A stretch of DNA of 64,000 nucleotides from Candidatus Thorarchaeota archaeon (GCA_003345595.1 PRDI01000099.1:1-64000); one strand, 5' to 3'. Shown: positions 19,565 through 29,712, counted from the first letter of the stretch. The notes: a model not told the origin generated them from the letters alone. Translations and numbers: made by a program.

Positions 19565-19936
19565 ATGCTGTCCCAGGTGACGTCTGAGCTTTTCTTGATA
19601 CTATATGGCGTTCCTGCCCTCTTAATAGGACTCTTAGCTGGTTATAGTTTCGGGGGTCATAAGAGTCTCACACGGGCCGAGCGGCTTGGCTTTGGTCTTG
19701 TCATCTGTGTATTGAGCGGTCTAGTGATGACATTCCTTCTGGCTCCCTTTGCGCCTGTAGCCATGCCCAATGTCCTTGTGCAAGTGCTCTCCTTTTCTTT
19801 TGGCTACGTATTCGGGGCGTTTAACAACTGGGCCCCCATTGAGTCCCGAGCGCCAAAGCGCCATGTCGTCTTCGAACCCGAAGATGATGATGAGTTCGAC
19901 AAAGAGGTCGACAAGGCTCTCGGATCCAATCGTTGA
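19565..19936 (+). CDS. Small 3-TM membrane protein with acidic tail
   Basis: Three hydrophobic helices then FEPEDDDEFDKEVD. Confidence 0.75.
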   Translation: MLSQVTSELFLILYGVPALLIGLLAGYSFGGHKSLTRAERLGFGLVICVLSGLVMTFLLAPFAPVAMPNVLVQVLSFSFGYVFGAFNNWAPIESRAPKRHVVFEPEDDDEFDKEVDKALGSNR

Positions 19937-20050
19937 CACAGATTGCTCTGAGAACATGAGGATTGCATCAGTCCTAAGGTAGACCACAGAAGCGTTAATA
20001 GAGACCTTGGAGGAAGGAACTCCATCGTATCTCGTTAGGGGACACTGAAA

Positions 20051-21277
20051 ATGAGAAAGACCTTGCCGCCTCTGATTTCACTTCTGTTGGTCACATGCAT
20101 GTTGTGGTCTGCACTGATAGTGCCATTGGAGGCTGCGCCGCCACCGGGCTGGAGCGGCGATGACAACTTGGCATTCCTGCTCGAACTGAACGGGACATCT
20201 GCTTATTACTCCAATTCGAGCCATCCAATACCTGTCGACTTGTCGACCAACCTGACCATGGAACTCTCAATAGACGTAGGCGCCGCCCTGAAACTCTGGA
20301 GTGGTCTTTTTGTGATGAAGTACTTGGCCATACCCATAGTGAATCAGCCCTTCGAGTTCCTCGGGCTGTCATTGCCTGCAGGCTTGGAAGAAGTGTTGAT
20401 CAACACTTCGTTTCCGCTGTTGGGCGAGTTGGGTGGGCTTAATCTGATCACTGGAACAGTCGAAGGTGTGTTCTCATTTGTCTATGAACTTGATTCGGAT
20501 CCGGGGACGAACGTCACAGTGAGTCAGAACTTTGTTCTTCAGCTTGGGCCCGTTGGCCCGGCAGCACTCCTGTCTGTTGCCGGCCTCATAACTGTCGGGT
20601 TCACGATAACATCTGTCTTTGGTCTGCTGCTCTCACTCGATGAGTTTCAGCAAGGGATAATGGCCGCAAGGAAGATGAGAGGAGCCAAGAAGGCCTCTGA
20701 TGTTGGTATATTCCCACGTGCTGTCGTCCTCAGAAGGCATCCGAAGAAGGACACAGAGAAGGTCAGCAAGGAGGAACTCGTGAGGCGCGTAGGCGAGGCC
20801 GCCCGTGGAGGATGGGACGGGAAGCGATGCCCGAAGTGCGGCAAGAAGTGGACTCCTGAAACCACAAGCTGCCCCAAGTGCAAGCTGGATCGTCAGTCGG
20901 CAGTGGCCTACTTCTCTCAAGATATCGCGGAGTATGCTCCTAAGGCCCTCAACGTTGTGAAGCCAAAGTCCAAAATACCAGTTGGACGATTCTCAAGGCG
21001 ACTCAGACTGAAGCCCGAGAAGGGTGGGGCATTAGCCGCGGCGTTGACTGACATGGGTGTCTTCCAGACACGGAGTGTCAAGACTCCACTTATGAAAGTG
21101 GCACTGTCTGGGATGACCCTCTCCGGTGTGTACTTGAGCTGGACGCAGGTCATTGGTGGGGCCATTCCTTCCTGGCTAGACATATTGCTGTTCACATGCG
21201 CCGGACTAGTGATTTCGGTACTCGTGGCCTACTTCATGAAATGGCTTGCACGTATTCCAAAGCTTGGTTATGACTAG
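20051..21277 (+). CDS. Membrane protein: ectodomain, TM, zinc ribbon, two C-terminal TMs
   Basis: Signal peptide, N-glycosylation sequons, CPKCGKKW...CPKC, hydrophobic hairpin at the C-terminus. Confidence 0.8.
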   Translation: MRKTLPPLISLLLVTCMLWSALIVPLEAAPPPGWSGDDNLAFLLELNGTSAYYSNSSHPIPVDLSTNLTMELSIDVGAALKLWSGLFVMKYLAIPIVNQPFEFLGLSLPAGLEEVLINTSFPLLGELGGLNLITGTVEGVFSFVYELDSDPGTNVTVSQNFVLQLGPVGPAALLSVAGLITVGFTITSVFGLLLSLDEFQQGIMAARKMRGAKKASDVGIFPRAVVLRRHPKKDTEKVSKEELVRRVGEAARGGWDGKRCPKCGKKWTPETTSCPKCKLDRQSAVAYFSQDIAEYAPKALNVVKPKSKIPVGRFSRRLRLKPEKGGALAAALTDMGVFQTRSVKTPLMKVALSGMTLSGVYLSWTQVIGGAIPSWLDILLFTCAGLVISVLVAYFMKWLARIPKLGYD

Positions 21278-21371
21278 AGTGAGAGGGCTTTCACGGCCCT
21301 CTAGCCCCGGTCTAGAGGTGCTGCCACAGACCGACAATATGGCTGAGTGTCGAAGACCACCAGGATCCCCA

Positions 21372-22733
21372 TCAGGGAACGATTGTCAGTGTGATTTGCA
21401 GGAAGGTCTGTTCGAGCCAGAGGATGGTTGACGCAGTCACTACTTCCAGCAAAGATAGTACTGATCCAACCTTGAGGTACTCTCTCAGAGATATCTCAAG
21501 ACCCTTCCTTTTCATGGTTCCCAGCCACATGAGTATGGCCAGTGAGCCTAATGGAAAGAAGTGGGGTCCTAGGTTATTACCAATGATGTTGGAGAATATC
21601 AAGCTCGTACTGGCCTGTGCACTCAAGCCTGCAGTGGAGATCGCCTGCTCGACAGACAGGAGTCCCAGCATCGTCATTGGCCAGTTGTTCATAGCGCTTG
21701 CACCCACAGTGACGATGAGACTGGGGACCAGAACGGAGAGCACAGCGGGCAAAGTCAAGGACGCAAGAAAGAGAGCCGCAAAGAAGTCGATTGCACCCGC
21801 ATGCCTCAGCCCTTGGACCACAAGGAATATCGCAATCATAAAGAACAGGATGTCCCAATTGACCCTCCTCAACACATGCACTGGGCCATTCTCCACTCCT
21901 GTCGTTGTATGATTAACCCTGTATGTCAGGGCGTAGAGTGTAAGCAGAAAGACCGCACCGGAGAGTATGACGAACGAAACTGGTATCCTGTTGAGCGAGG
22001 TCAGAACATAACCCACATCTATGGCGATTAAGGTGACAATGCTCGTTCTCAGGTGCATGGGCTTAGGGCTGGTCTTGATCAGGTCCTCCACTGTTTCGGC
22101 TGCATAGGTTCGAGGAATCCGTTTCCTGAAGAATAGATAGACCACCAGAACGCTCTGGACTACTGTGACCAGTCCGACAAGACCCATGAACATCATATGC
22201 TGGATGAACGTGTATCCGAAGTAATCAGCACTCACAATGTTGACCGGGTTGCTCGTGATCAGTGGCATGGCCGCAGTGTCTGCGATGAGTCCCGCTCCGA
22301 ACAAGTAGGCCAAGCTGCCCTCTCTGCTTGTCTTCAGCTCCTTGACCATCTCCATGACTAGAGGTGTCAGTATCAACACTGCGCTATCATTTGCGAAGAG
22401 TATGCTGACCGAGGCTGTGAAGAAAGAAACGAAGAAGAATAACCTGATGCCATTTCCATGTGCTAGTCTTGCGACTCTGAGCGCAGCCCACCGGAAGAAG
22501 CCCATGGCATCGAGAGTGACTGACATCATCACTATTCCAAGAAAGGCGAGCGCCGCGTCCCATATGTTGCCCAAGGCATTCAGAGCATCAGTGATTGTGA
22601 CCGTGCCGACAAGAAGAGAAAGCAGTGCTCCTATTCCCGCCGCGACACCCAAGTTTATGCCTTTCGGCCGCCTGAGCATCAAGAAAAGGGTAGTAAGGAA
22701 TATGCCAATTGAAGCTGCCGCGGCGTAGTCCAT
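21372..22733 (-). CDS. arsB: ArsB/NhaD-family transporter
   Basis: GFFRWAALRVARLAHGNG, FANDSAVLILTP, IADTAAMPLITSNPVNIVSADYF, MNNWP, GSLAILMW. Confidence 0.85.
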   Translation of the reverse strand: MDYAAAASIGIFLTTLFLMLRRPKGINLGVAAGIGALLSLLVGTVTITDALNALGNIWDAALAFLGIVMMSVTLDAMGFFRWAALRVARLAHGNGIRLFFFVSFFTASVSILFANDSAVLILTPLVMEMVKELKTSREGSLAYLFGAGLIADTAAMPLITSNPVNIVSADYFGYTFIQHMMFMGLVGLVTVVQSVLVVYLFFRKRIPRTYAAETVEDLIKTSPKPMHLRTSIVTLIAIDVGYVLTSLNRIPVSFVILSGAVFLLTLYALTYRVNHTTTGVENGPVHVLRRVNWDILFFMIAIFLVVQGLRHAGAIDFFAALFLASLTLPAVLSVLVPSLIVTVGASAMNNWPMTMLGLLSVEQAISTAGLSAQASTSLIFSNIIGNNLGPHFFPLGSLAILMWLGTMKRKGLEISLREYLKVGSVLSLLEVVTASTILWLEQTFLQITLTIVP

Positions 22734-22937
22734 GCATTCTCGTGCCGAGGGATAGCGTGTATAATACTATCTGTGCCGTTGTCTAGACGCTAGTGGACCT
22801 GTCATGGTATGACTTAACAGCCCCTGCGTCAAATCAGTCGCTAGTTCGGTCTTCGGCTGCATCGGCTGTCTTGGCGTCATTGCCATGCCGGTTCGTACGT
22901 GCGCGAAGACTAGGACCAGAACGGGACTTGGTGTCAG

Positions 22938-23738
22938 ATGCGCAAATCCTTGCTACAGCACACGAGCGTATGGGAGAATGATGAGCTTCGAGTTGATGTT
23001 CCGTACAGTGCAGCCGGCGTGAGCACAACTGTCTTGCTGACGTCGAAGTTCACAGGCAAGATGATGCTGATGGACGTTGGCGACGGTGCTCTACGGGATC
23101 TACTCTCATTTGGCAGCACCGCGTTCGTCAATGAAGCTGATCCAATTGCTATCACACATGGTCACTTCGATCACATAGGTGGCATTCACACAATACTTGG
23201 ATTCATGAGGATGCTGAAACGTTCGAGTCCATTGAACATACTAGTTCCTGTTGGCTGCACAGAGGCGATAAGCTTGGTCGGAGCCTTCAAACAGTCGTAC
23301 GCTGGGAGTCACCCATTCAGAATCCAGATTCACGAGATTGAGGATCTTTCTGGTTTCGACACAGACTTCTTCAAGATTCAGGCCGTCGCAGTCGAGCACT
23401 ACGGCTTGGAGAACACATCCGACGAGGAGGTTCTGATGCCCGCTCTTGGTTTCAGAGTGAGAGTAGGCAACACAGTCGTGGGCTATACCGGCGACACCAG
23501 AATGTGTCAAGGCGCTGAGAGAGTGGTCAAGGACGTTGACATCGCAGTCATTGAAGCTACGAGGAAGGATACCGACCCCGTAGACATCCCTGTACACCTC
23601 TCGGAATCGGAGGCCAAACGTCTTGGAACGCTGGCCAAACAATACATTCTGATTCACAGGACTCCCACAATCGCAGAGTCATCTACCGGAAGCACCAGGG
23701 CCACTAGGTCAAAGCGAGAAAAGTGCACTCCTGACTGA
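22938..23738 (+). CDS. Metallo-beta-lactamase fold hydrolase (RNase Z-like)
   Basis: DVGDG, THGHFDHIGG, YTGDT, IEAT, HLS, LIH. Confidence 0.88.
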   Translation: MRKSLLQHTSVWENDELRVDVPYSAAGVSTTVLLTSKFTGKMMLMDVGDGALRDLLSFGSTAFVNEADPIAITHGHFDHIGGIHTILGFMRMLKRSSPLNILVPVGCTEAISLVGAFKQSYAGSHPFRIQIHEIEDLSGFDTDFFKIQAVAVEHYGLENTSDEEVLMPALGFRVRVGNTVVGYTGDTRMCQGAERVVKDVDIAVIEATRKDTDPVDIPVHLSESEAKRLGTLAKQYILIHRTPTIAESSTGSTRATRSKREKCTPD

Positions 23739-23755
23739 CATGCATGTCTGGACAG

Positions 23756-25540
23756 TCAATCCTCGACGACGGCTCGTATCCTCATCAGTCCTGCGCCGAT
23801 GCTGTCCTGTTTTGTGATTCTGAAATGCTTCAAGACTCCGGTGTGCTCAACGTGAGGCCCGCCACAGACCTCCTTACTGAAGTCATCTATTGTGTAGACA
23901 GAAACCTCATCACCGTAGGTTTCCCTGAAGAATGCAAGGGCTCCCTGTCTTACGGCCTCGTCCAGTTTCATGAACTCGTGAGTCACCGTCAAATCCTTCT
24001 TGATGGCCTCATTGACCAAATCCTCTACCTGTTTCAGTTCCTCGGTAGTGAGTTTCCTCGGGAAGGTGAAGTCGAACCGAAGACGCTCCTTCGTTATGTT
24101 GCTCCCGTTCTGACGCACTGAGTTTCCCAAGACTTTTCTGAGAGCTGCTTGAAGGAGATGGGTGGCCGTGTGGAGCTTTGTGATCTCTTCGCTGTGATCC
24201 GCCAAGCCGCCCTTGAACTTACCCTCCGTTGCCGTCCTCGATATGTCTCTGTGCTGCTCGAACTGCCTTCTGAACTCCTCCATGTCAATCTTGATGCTCC
24301 TCTCGGCTGCGAGTTCCGCCGTCATTTCTAGAGGCAGACCGAAGCTTGTGAACAAGACAAAGGCATCCTTTCCTGTGATAGTACCATTCTCTTCAAGTAT
24401 CTGTTCGAATTTCCTGAGGGCCTTCCCCAGAGTTCCCCTGAACTTGTCTTCTTCAGCCACAAGGTTTTGCATCACGAAGTCACGATTCCTTTGGACTTCT
24501 TCATACACGTCCTTGTAGAGCTCTACTACGACATCCGCTAGGTCTGCCAGGAACCCCTTACCCATACCCAGCTCGTCTGCGCAGCGTATTGACTTCCTCA
24601 GGAGTCTGCGTACGATATAACCGTGTTCCACGTTAGATGGAGAAATGCGTCTGTCATCAGACATAATCATGACAGCAGATTTCACATGGTCTGCTATGAT
24701 CCTAATCCGCCTTTGGTCTGCCTCAGTCAGCTCCCTCTTTCCCGAAAGCTGCTTTATCCGGTCTATGATTGGTGTGAACGCCTCGGTTTCATAGAAGTTC
24801 TGGACTCCTCTCAGGATGGCAATCGTTCGTTCCAGACCCATGCCGGTGTCGACGTTCTTCTGCTTCAGCAGCTCGTATCCTCCGTCCTCTCTCTTATTAT
24901 ACTGCATGAAGACATCATTCCAGATTTCCATGTAATGCCCACAGGAGCAGCCTGGTCTACAGTCAGGACCGCATTTTGGAGTCTGGCTGACCTCAATGAA
25001 CATCTCTGTACAAGGGCCGCACGGCCCAGTTGTGCCTGCAGGTCCCCACCAGTTGTCTGCCTTTGGAAGATAGAACACCCTCTCCTTGGATATCCCTAGA
25101 CCCATCCAAACACTCACAGACTCCTCATCTCGGGGCGCATCAGAATCACCAACAAACACGGTCACCGAGAGCGTGTCTGGATTGATACCAAGCCATTTCT
25201 TGGAGGTGAGGAACTCATAGCTCCAAGTGATGGCCTCCTTCTTCCAGTAGTCGCCGAGACTCCAGTTGCCCAACATCTCGAAGAACGTGAGGTGACTATT
25301 GTCACCGACGCTGTCTATATCGGTAGTCCGAATGCATTTCTGACAGCTTGTGAGACGCTTTCCTTGCGGATGTGGTTGCCCCAGCAAGTATGGAACCAAC
25401 GGATGCATGCCTGCCGTCGTGAACAACACGGTCGGATCATGTTCTGGCATCAGTGACGCAGAGCCAACCACTGCATGTTTCTTCTGCTTGAAGAACTCGA
25501 TGTACTTCCGACGCAGTTCGTCCATTCGCATAACTGTCAC
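23756..25540 (-). CDS. alaS: Alanine-tRNA ligase, short form lacking C-Ala
   Basis: DPTVLFTTAGM, FFEMLGNWS, EIWNDVFMQY, DTGMGLER, editing HTATH and CGGPH; ends at RIRAVVED. Confidence 0.96.
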   Translation of the reverse strand: MTVMRMDELRRKYIEFFKQKKHAVVGSASLMPEHDPTVLFTTAGMHPLVPYLLGQPHPQGKRLTSCQKCIRTTDIDSVGDNSHLTFFEMLGNWSLGDYWKKEAITWSYEFLTSKKWLGINPDTLSVTVFVGDSDAPRDEESVSVWMGLGISKERVFYLPKADNWWGPAGTTGPCGPCTEMFIEVSQTPKCGPDCRPGCSCGHYMEIWNDVFMQYNKREDGGYELLKQKNVDTGMGLERTIAILRGVQNFYETEAFTPIIDRIKQLSGKRELTEADQRRIRIIADHVKSAVMIMSDDRRISPSNVEHGYIVRRLLRKSIRCADELGMGKGFLADLADVVVELYKDVYEEVQRNRDFVMQNLVAEEDKFRGTLGKALRKFEQILEENGTITGKDAFVLFTSFGLPLEMTAELAAERSIKIDMEEFRRQFEQHRDISRTATEGKFKGGLADHSEEITKLHTATHLLQAALRKVLGNSVRQNGSNITKERLRFDFTFPRKLTTEELKQVEDLVNEAIKKDLTVTHEFMKLDEAVRQGALAFFRETYGDEVSVYTIDDFSKEVCGGPHVEHTGVLKHFRITKQDSIGAGLMRIRAVVED

Positions 25541-25679
25541 CAGACCATCAAGATGCCGATTTGTCGGCGTTCGACTTGTCGTATTTTAATGCTTTTGCTG
25601 GGTCGCATTCTATCAACAGGTGGAGCCGCTGTGCCATGGGCGAAGTATTGAAACAGTTCAGTACTCTGGCCAAAGAGTA

Positions 25680-26168
25680 TCAGACTAGTATGAGTCCGGA
25701 GGGCGACATCCTGTACCTTCTCAGCCTAGATGGCAGCCATGGAAACCTGTCAATCCAATCTAGGAACCTGTCATTGCTGACTATGTCTGCTCCCTTCTCC
25801 TCAGCGGTCCTTATGATCAGAAGGTCGTCATCAGTACCCTTTGGTGCCTGGATGACCTGTCTTTTGGATATCATGTCTGCAAGAGCTTCATCTCTGTCGA
25901 TTTGATGAATCAGGGCCCCTGAAACAACAACAATGGGGACAAACCCTACACTGGCAAGACTACGACTGGCGGTCACAATGTTCTCGAGTCTTGGCTGTCC
26001 GTCAGTGGAGAGGTAGTATGCCACATTGCTCCCATCGATGATGACTACCTTTCTCACGGCTCTTCCTCTGGGAGCATTTCTCTCCTGTCTGCACCGCATG
26101 ACATGCTCGTCCAACATGTCCCGACGGAAGAGCTTGTCGCAGTAAGGACATCGTGCCCGTTTTGACAA
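25680..26168 (-). CDS. Zc3h12a/Regnase-like NYN (PIN) ribonuclease with N-terminal C2HC zinc finger
   Basis: CPYC-x11-H-x3-C; IIDGSNVA, DDDLLII, IVSNDRFLDW. Confidence 0.88.
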   Translation of the reverse strand: MSKRARCPYCDKLFRRDMLDEHVMRCRQERNAPRGRAVRKVVIIDGSNVAYYLSTDGQPRLENIVTASRSLASVGFVPIVVVSGALIHQIDRDEALADMISKRQVIQAPKGTDDDLLIIRTAEEKGADIVSNDRFLDWIDRFPWLPSRLRRYRMSPSGLILV

Positions 26169-26337
26169 TGGCTCAGCCTCTCATACGTTGCGACCTACAG
26201 AGCTGTTCCCAATAAGAATCCGCTTGTGCTGGCGACGAGCGCAGCCCATGTCCAGTCACTCATCACATGAGCAGTTGAGCACCGGTTCCGGACGTGCTAA
26301 CTAAAGATAATTAAAGAAATGATTACATAACATCTTA

Positions 26338-26395
26338 GGCGTCCAATCTCCGTTGTGCTCGTCCTCCCGGCGGCATATCGCGGAGGCGGACGCCA
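26338..26395 (+). ncRNA. Candidate structured small RNA (57-nt irregular hairpin)
   Basis: GGCGTCC/GGACGCC, TCTCCG/CGGAGG, TGTGC/GCATA, CGTC/GGCG; G.U pairs favour the + strand; AT-rich TATA-like box about 25 nt upstream. Confidence 0.4.
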
Positions 26396-26446
26396 CCGTC
26401 TTCTTGTCAATTCCATAGAAATCGTGGAATTACTGTACACAGATTC

Positions 26447-27358
26447 TCACGGATGATTCCCGTAGGGGAGGTCTGCACATATGTCCCCCTCTACAAAGCC
26501 CGGTACCTCTACAGTATCGCCGTTGATGTCAATCTGGGCGACAGCCGCGCGGACTAGATCAGTGATTCCCTCGTCGGATGGTCTACCATACCCTAGAGGA
26601 ACAGTCAATGCCGTGATTGGCCCTATCTGCGCCTTCTTCCTGACATGGCTGTGACCAGAGATGGACAGTCTGACCCTAGTATCCTTCAGAAGAATCTTGC
26701 CTGTGCTTTCCGCTCCCATGAAGGCCGAGAAGAAATCCCATGGCAGTCTGCCCTTGTAGAAGGATAGCTCTCGAAAAGGAATGTGATGTGACACATAGAC
26801 TACGCGTTCAATTTCACCAGGCAGGTTAGAGAGGTCATACTCAAGTCTTCTGTTGAACAATTCTGTCGCCTCACAATCGCTAAAGTCCCACTCTATGCTG
26901 AAGGCATCAAACCAGACCTCTCCTCTGAACTCCTTCTGCTCATACGCGCTGTCAGGAATGCGCAGATCATGGCTTCTTAGCGAGTAGTCATACCAACCGA
27001 TGCTGCCCACAAACGCCAGGTCATCAACGATGTATGGATTGTCCGGTAGATGAATGAACCCATTTGCCCGACAAGTTTCTCCTATCACATGGGAATACTT
27101 CTCAAGTGAACTGAAGCGGTTGTCTTCCTCAAGCCACAGGTCGTGGTTGCCCGCCACGTAAAGATTCTCGCACTCTGGAATGCTAAGTTTCGCCAGTGTC
27201 TGCGAAAGCATTTGTGACCTGTCACTGATGTCTCCCGCTATGATAAACACGTCCGGTGACAACTCCTCAACGCGCGCCCGGATTCCGTCCACAAGTGCCT
27301 TGTCGCTTCCGTCGCTGCGGACATGTAGGTCTGAGATAGCTGCTATCCTCATGGTCAT
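26447..27358 (-). CDS. Calcineurin-like metallophosphoesterase
   Basis: SDLH, AGD, GNHD, SHH, GHSH. Confidence 0.93.
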   Translation of the reverse strand: MTMRIAAISDLHVRSDGSDKALVDGIRARVEELSPDVFIIAGDISDRSQMLSQTLAKLSIPECENLYVAGNHDLWLEEDNRFSSLEKYSHVIGETCRANGFIHLPDNPYIVDDLAFVGSIGWYDYSLRSHDLRIPDSAYEQKEFRGEVWFDAFSIEWDFSDCEATELFNRRLEYDLSNLPGEIERVVYVSHHIPFRELSFYKGRLPWDFFSAFMGAESTGKILLKDTRVRLSISGHSHVRKKAQIGPITALTVPLGYGRPSDEGITDLVRAAVAQIDINGDTVEVPGFVEGDICADLPYGNHP

Positions 27359-27527
27359 CCCTTCAGTTTCAGCAACATCCCTGAGCGTATGGCAACCATT
27401 CGGTGGGCGTCTTGGACCTGTTGGTGTGATACTGTTTCCCTATACAAGTTAGTAATAGGCGGACATACCACAGCTTTGATATCCTGTGCCCAGAGTGACC
27501 CCTGTCAATCGTTCGATGGTGGACACG

Positions 27528-29192
27528 ATGGCCAACGAGATCAGAGCATACAAGCCCAGAGATGCTGACTTATCGAAGATGAAGGTGGTCACAGACCCCA
27601 AGGAGATAGCTGACAGCTACGGGCTCTACCTTGATGATGAGTCTCATTCATTTGATGGCCATGCCGATCAGATAGTCTTTCCATCGACTGAGGAAGAACT
27701 GGCAACAGTTCTTAAGAACGCATATGGGCGTGCTCAGCAAATCACTATTCAAGGCGGGCGGACGGGTCTCACTGGAGGAGCAGTTCCACTGGGAGGAGTG
27801 GCTCTGAATCTGGAGAAGATGAAGCAGCTGCTCTATGTTAGTTACTCCTCCGAGGAGCAATTCTACTCAGTGGCAGCACAATCCGGGATGTCGCTTGAGG
27901 ACTTAATCAAGGCAGTCACATCAAAAGCACTTGGGGTTCTGAGGGGGAAGGGAACCAGAGAGCAGCAACAGGCACTTGAGAAGTTCCTTGCCGATCCTCG
28001 GAGCTATTACTTCCCTGTCGACCCAACGGAAACAACTGCTTGGCTGGGTGGACTCGTAGCCTGCAACGCATCAGGAGCGAGGACCTTCAGGTATGGGGCA
28101 GTCAGAAACTGGGTACGCAGAATCAAGGTCGTGCTGGTCAATGGTGACGTCCTAGATATCGAACGCGGTAAGGTGTTCGCTCAGGACCGCAAGTTCCGAG
28201 TGGTCCTCAGCAATGGGTCAAAGATCGAGTTCTTGGTGCCGAGCTATTCAATGCCGAAGACCAAGAATGCGGCTGGCCTTTACACAAAACCAGACATGGA
28301 CCTTATCGATCTGTTCATTGGTTCTGAAGGAATACTTGGCGTGGTCACTGAGGTTGAACTCATCTTGGCGGAGATGCCTAAGAACATAATGTCAGTCATG
28401 GCATTCTTCCCCAGTGAGGATGACGCGGTTGGTTTTGTCTACGATGCCAGATCTGACAGTTCAAAGGTGAGAATGGACTTCCTTGAGTACTTCGGACCTA
28501 CCGCCTTGAAGATGATTCGTGAAAAGGCCAGCTCAGCCGGAATCAAGGTCCCTGCAATGACCGACCGCACACAAGCAATCGTGTTTTTCGAGTTTCCATA
28601 TCGTGACGAGGAGATGGAGGAGAAAGTAATGGCTCTCGAAGAGATGCTGAATAGCCACAACTCCTCCTCTGAGTCAAGCTGGGCGGGACTCGACCGGACA
28701 GAGTTGGAGAAGATGAAGGTGGTGCGCCACTTCGTGCCTGAAACCATCAACGCCATCATCGCGAAGCGCAAGCAAGAGTATCATGAAGTGCACAAGATTG
28801 GAACTGACATGGCAGTCCCCGATCAGGCACTAAGAGAGTACCTCAAGTTCTATCACGATACACTTGAGCGGCAGGGCATGGAATACGTTGTTTTTGGTCA
28901 CATTGGGAATAACCACTTACACGTGAACATGATGCCACGAAACAATGAGGAGGTCGAACAGGGCATGGAAAACTACATGCTCTTCGCAAGGAAGGCAGTC
29001 GAGCTAGGCGGTACGGTCGCCGCCGAACATGGAATCGGGAAGCTGAAACGAGCCTTCCTCGAAATGATGTACGGCCCAAAGGGAATCTCTGAGATGCAGG
29101 CAGTGAAGAAGGCACTCGATCCGAAGTGGTTGCTCAATCCTGGCGACATGGTCCCAGTCCCGCGCGAGTTCAGCCAGAGGAAGGTCCAGTAA
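27528..29192 (+). CDS. FAD-linked oxidoreductase, GlcD/D-2-hydroxyacid dehydrogenase family
   Basis: GGRTGLTGGAVP, PVDPT, GSEGILG, GHIGNNHLH, AEHGIGK, LDPKWLLNPG. Confidence 0.92.
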   Translation: MANEIRAYKPRDADLSKMKVVTDPKEIADSYGLYLDDESHSFDGHADQIVFPSTEEELATVLKNAYGRAQQITIQGGRTGLTGGAVPLGGVALNLEKMKQLLYVSYSSEEQFYSVAAQSGMSLEDLIKAVTSKALGVLRGKGTREQQQALEKFLADPRSYYFPVDPTETTAWLGGLVACNASGARTFRYGAVRNWVRRIKVVLVNGDVLDIERGKVFAQDRKFRVVLSNGSKIEFLVPSYSMPKTKNAAGLYTKPDMDLIDLFIGSEGILGVVTEVELILAEMPKNIMSVMAFFPSEDDAVGFVYDARSDSSKVRMDFLEYFGPTALKMIREKASSAGIKVPAMTDRTQAIVFFEFPYRDEEMEEKVMALEEMLNSHNSSSESSWAGLDRTELEKMKVVRHFVPETINAIIAKRKQEYHEVHKIGTDMAVPDQALREYLKFYHDTLERQGMEYVVFGHIGNNHLHVNMMPRNNEEVEQGMENYMLFARKAVELGGTVAAEHGIGKLKRAFLEMMYGPKGISEMQAVKKALDPKWLLNPGDMVPVPREFSQRKVQ

Positions 29193-29463
29193 AGGAGCAC
29201 ACTTCATCCTCGACCTGTCTAATCTTATCACACAAGTCGGGTTCCTCTTGACACAATCGCTTCATATCCCTGATACCGACAGCAGTCCAGTATTGCTTCA
29301 AGGCGTTTTCAGTGCTCTGACAGCAGCCATCATGGCATTGTGAAAGACTGCTACGAATCTCGTCAACGATCTGGTCGATGGGCATCTTCCTGATTCTCAC
29401 TCGTGTCCAGTAGTCACAGTCCTTGCCTCGGCAGGGCCCTTTCACAATGACACACCAGGCCAT
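29170..29463 (-). CDS. Cys-rich hypothetical protein (97 aa)
   Basis: CVIVKGPCRGKDC, CHDGCC, CQEEPDLC; overlaps the convergent gene end by 23 nt. Confidence 0.6.
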   Translation of the reverse strand: MAWCVIVKGPCRGKDCDYWTRVRIRKMPIDQIVDEIRSSLSQCHDGCCQSTENALKQYWTAVGIRDMKRLCQEEPDLCDKIRQVEDEVCSFTGPSSG

Positions 29464-29712
29464 CAGATACCATCCCAGTGGGCTTACCAACCAAGGGAGA
29501 TGTTTCTTAAGCATTATTAACCAGACCGAGTCGGTTCTGATTCCTTCAGCGGGGCTCAGCTTGTCGTGCTGGACCAGCCTCCAATCTCCTTTTGCTGATA
29601 GCTAGGCACCGTGAAGGTACAACCGTTCTCACTTGGCGACAGGCCAAGAGCTACACATCTTGAAGCTCGTATTCTCATCATGGCCAAGTGCCTATTCGCC
29701 GCCCACAACACA

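Noticed and set aside
26338-26397. tRNA or split tRNA
   Set aside because: No cloverleaf, no TTCGA T-loop, no anticodon arm, no G3.U70; kept only as a generic hairpin candidate
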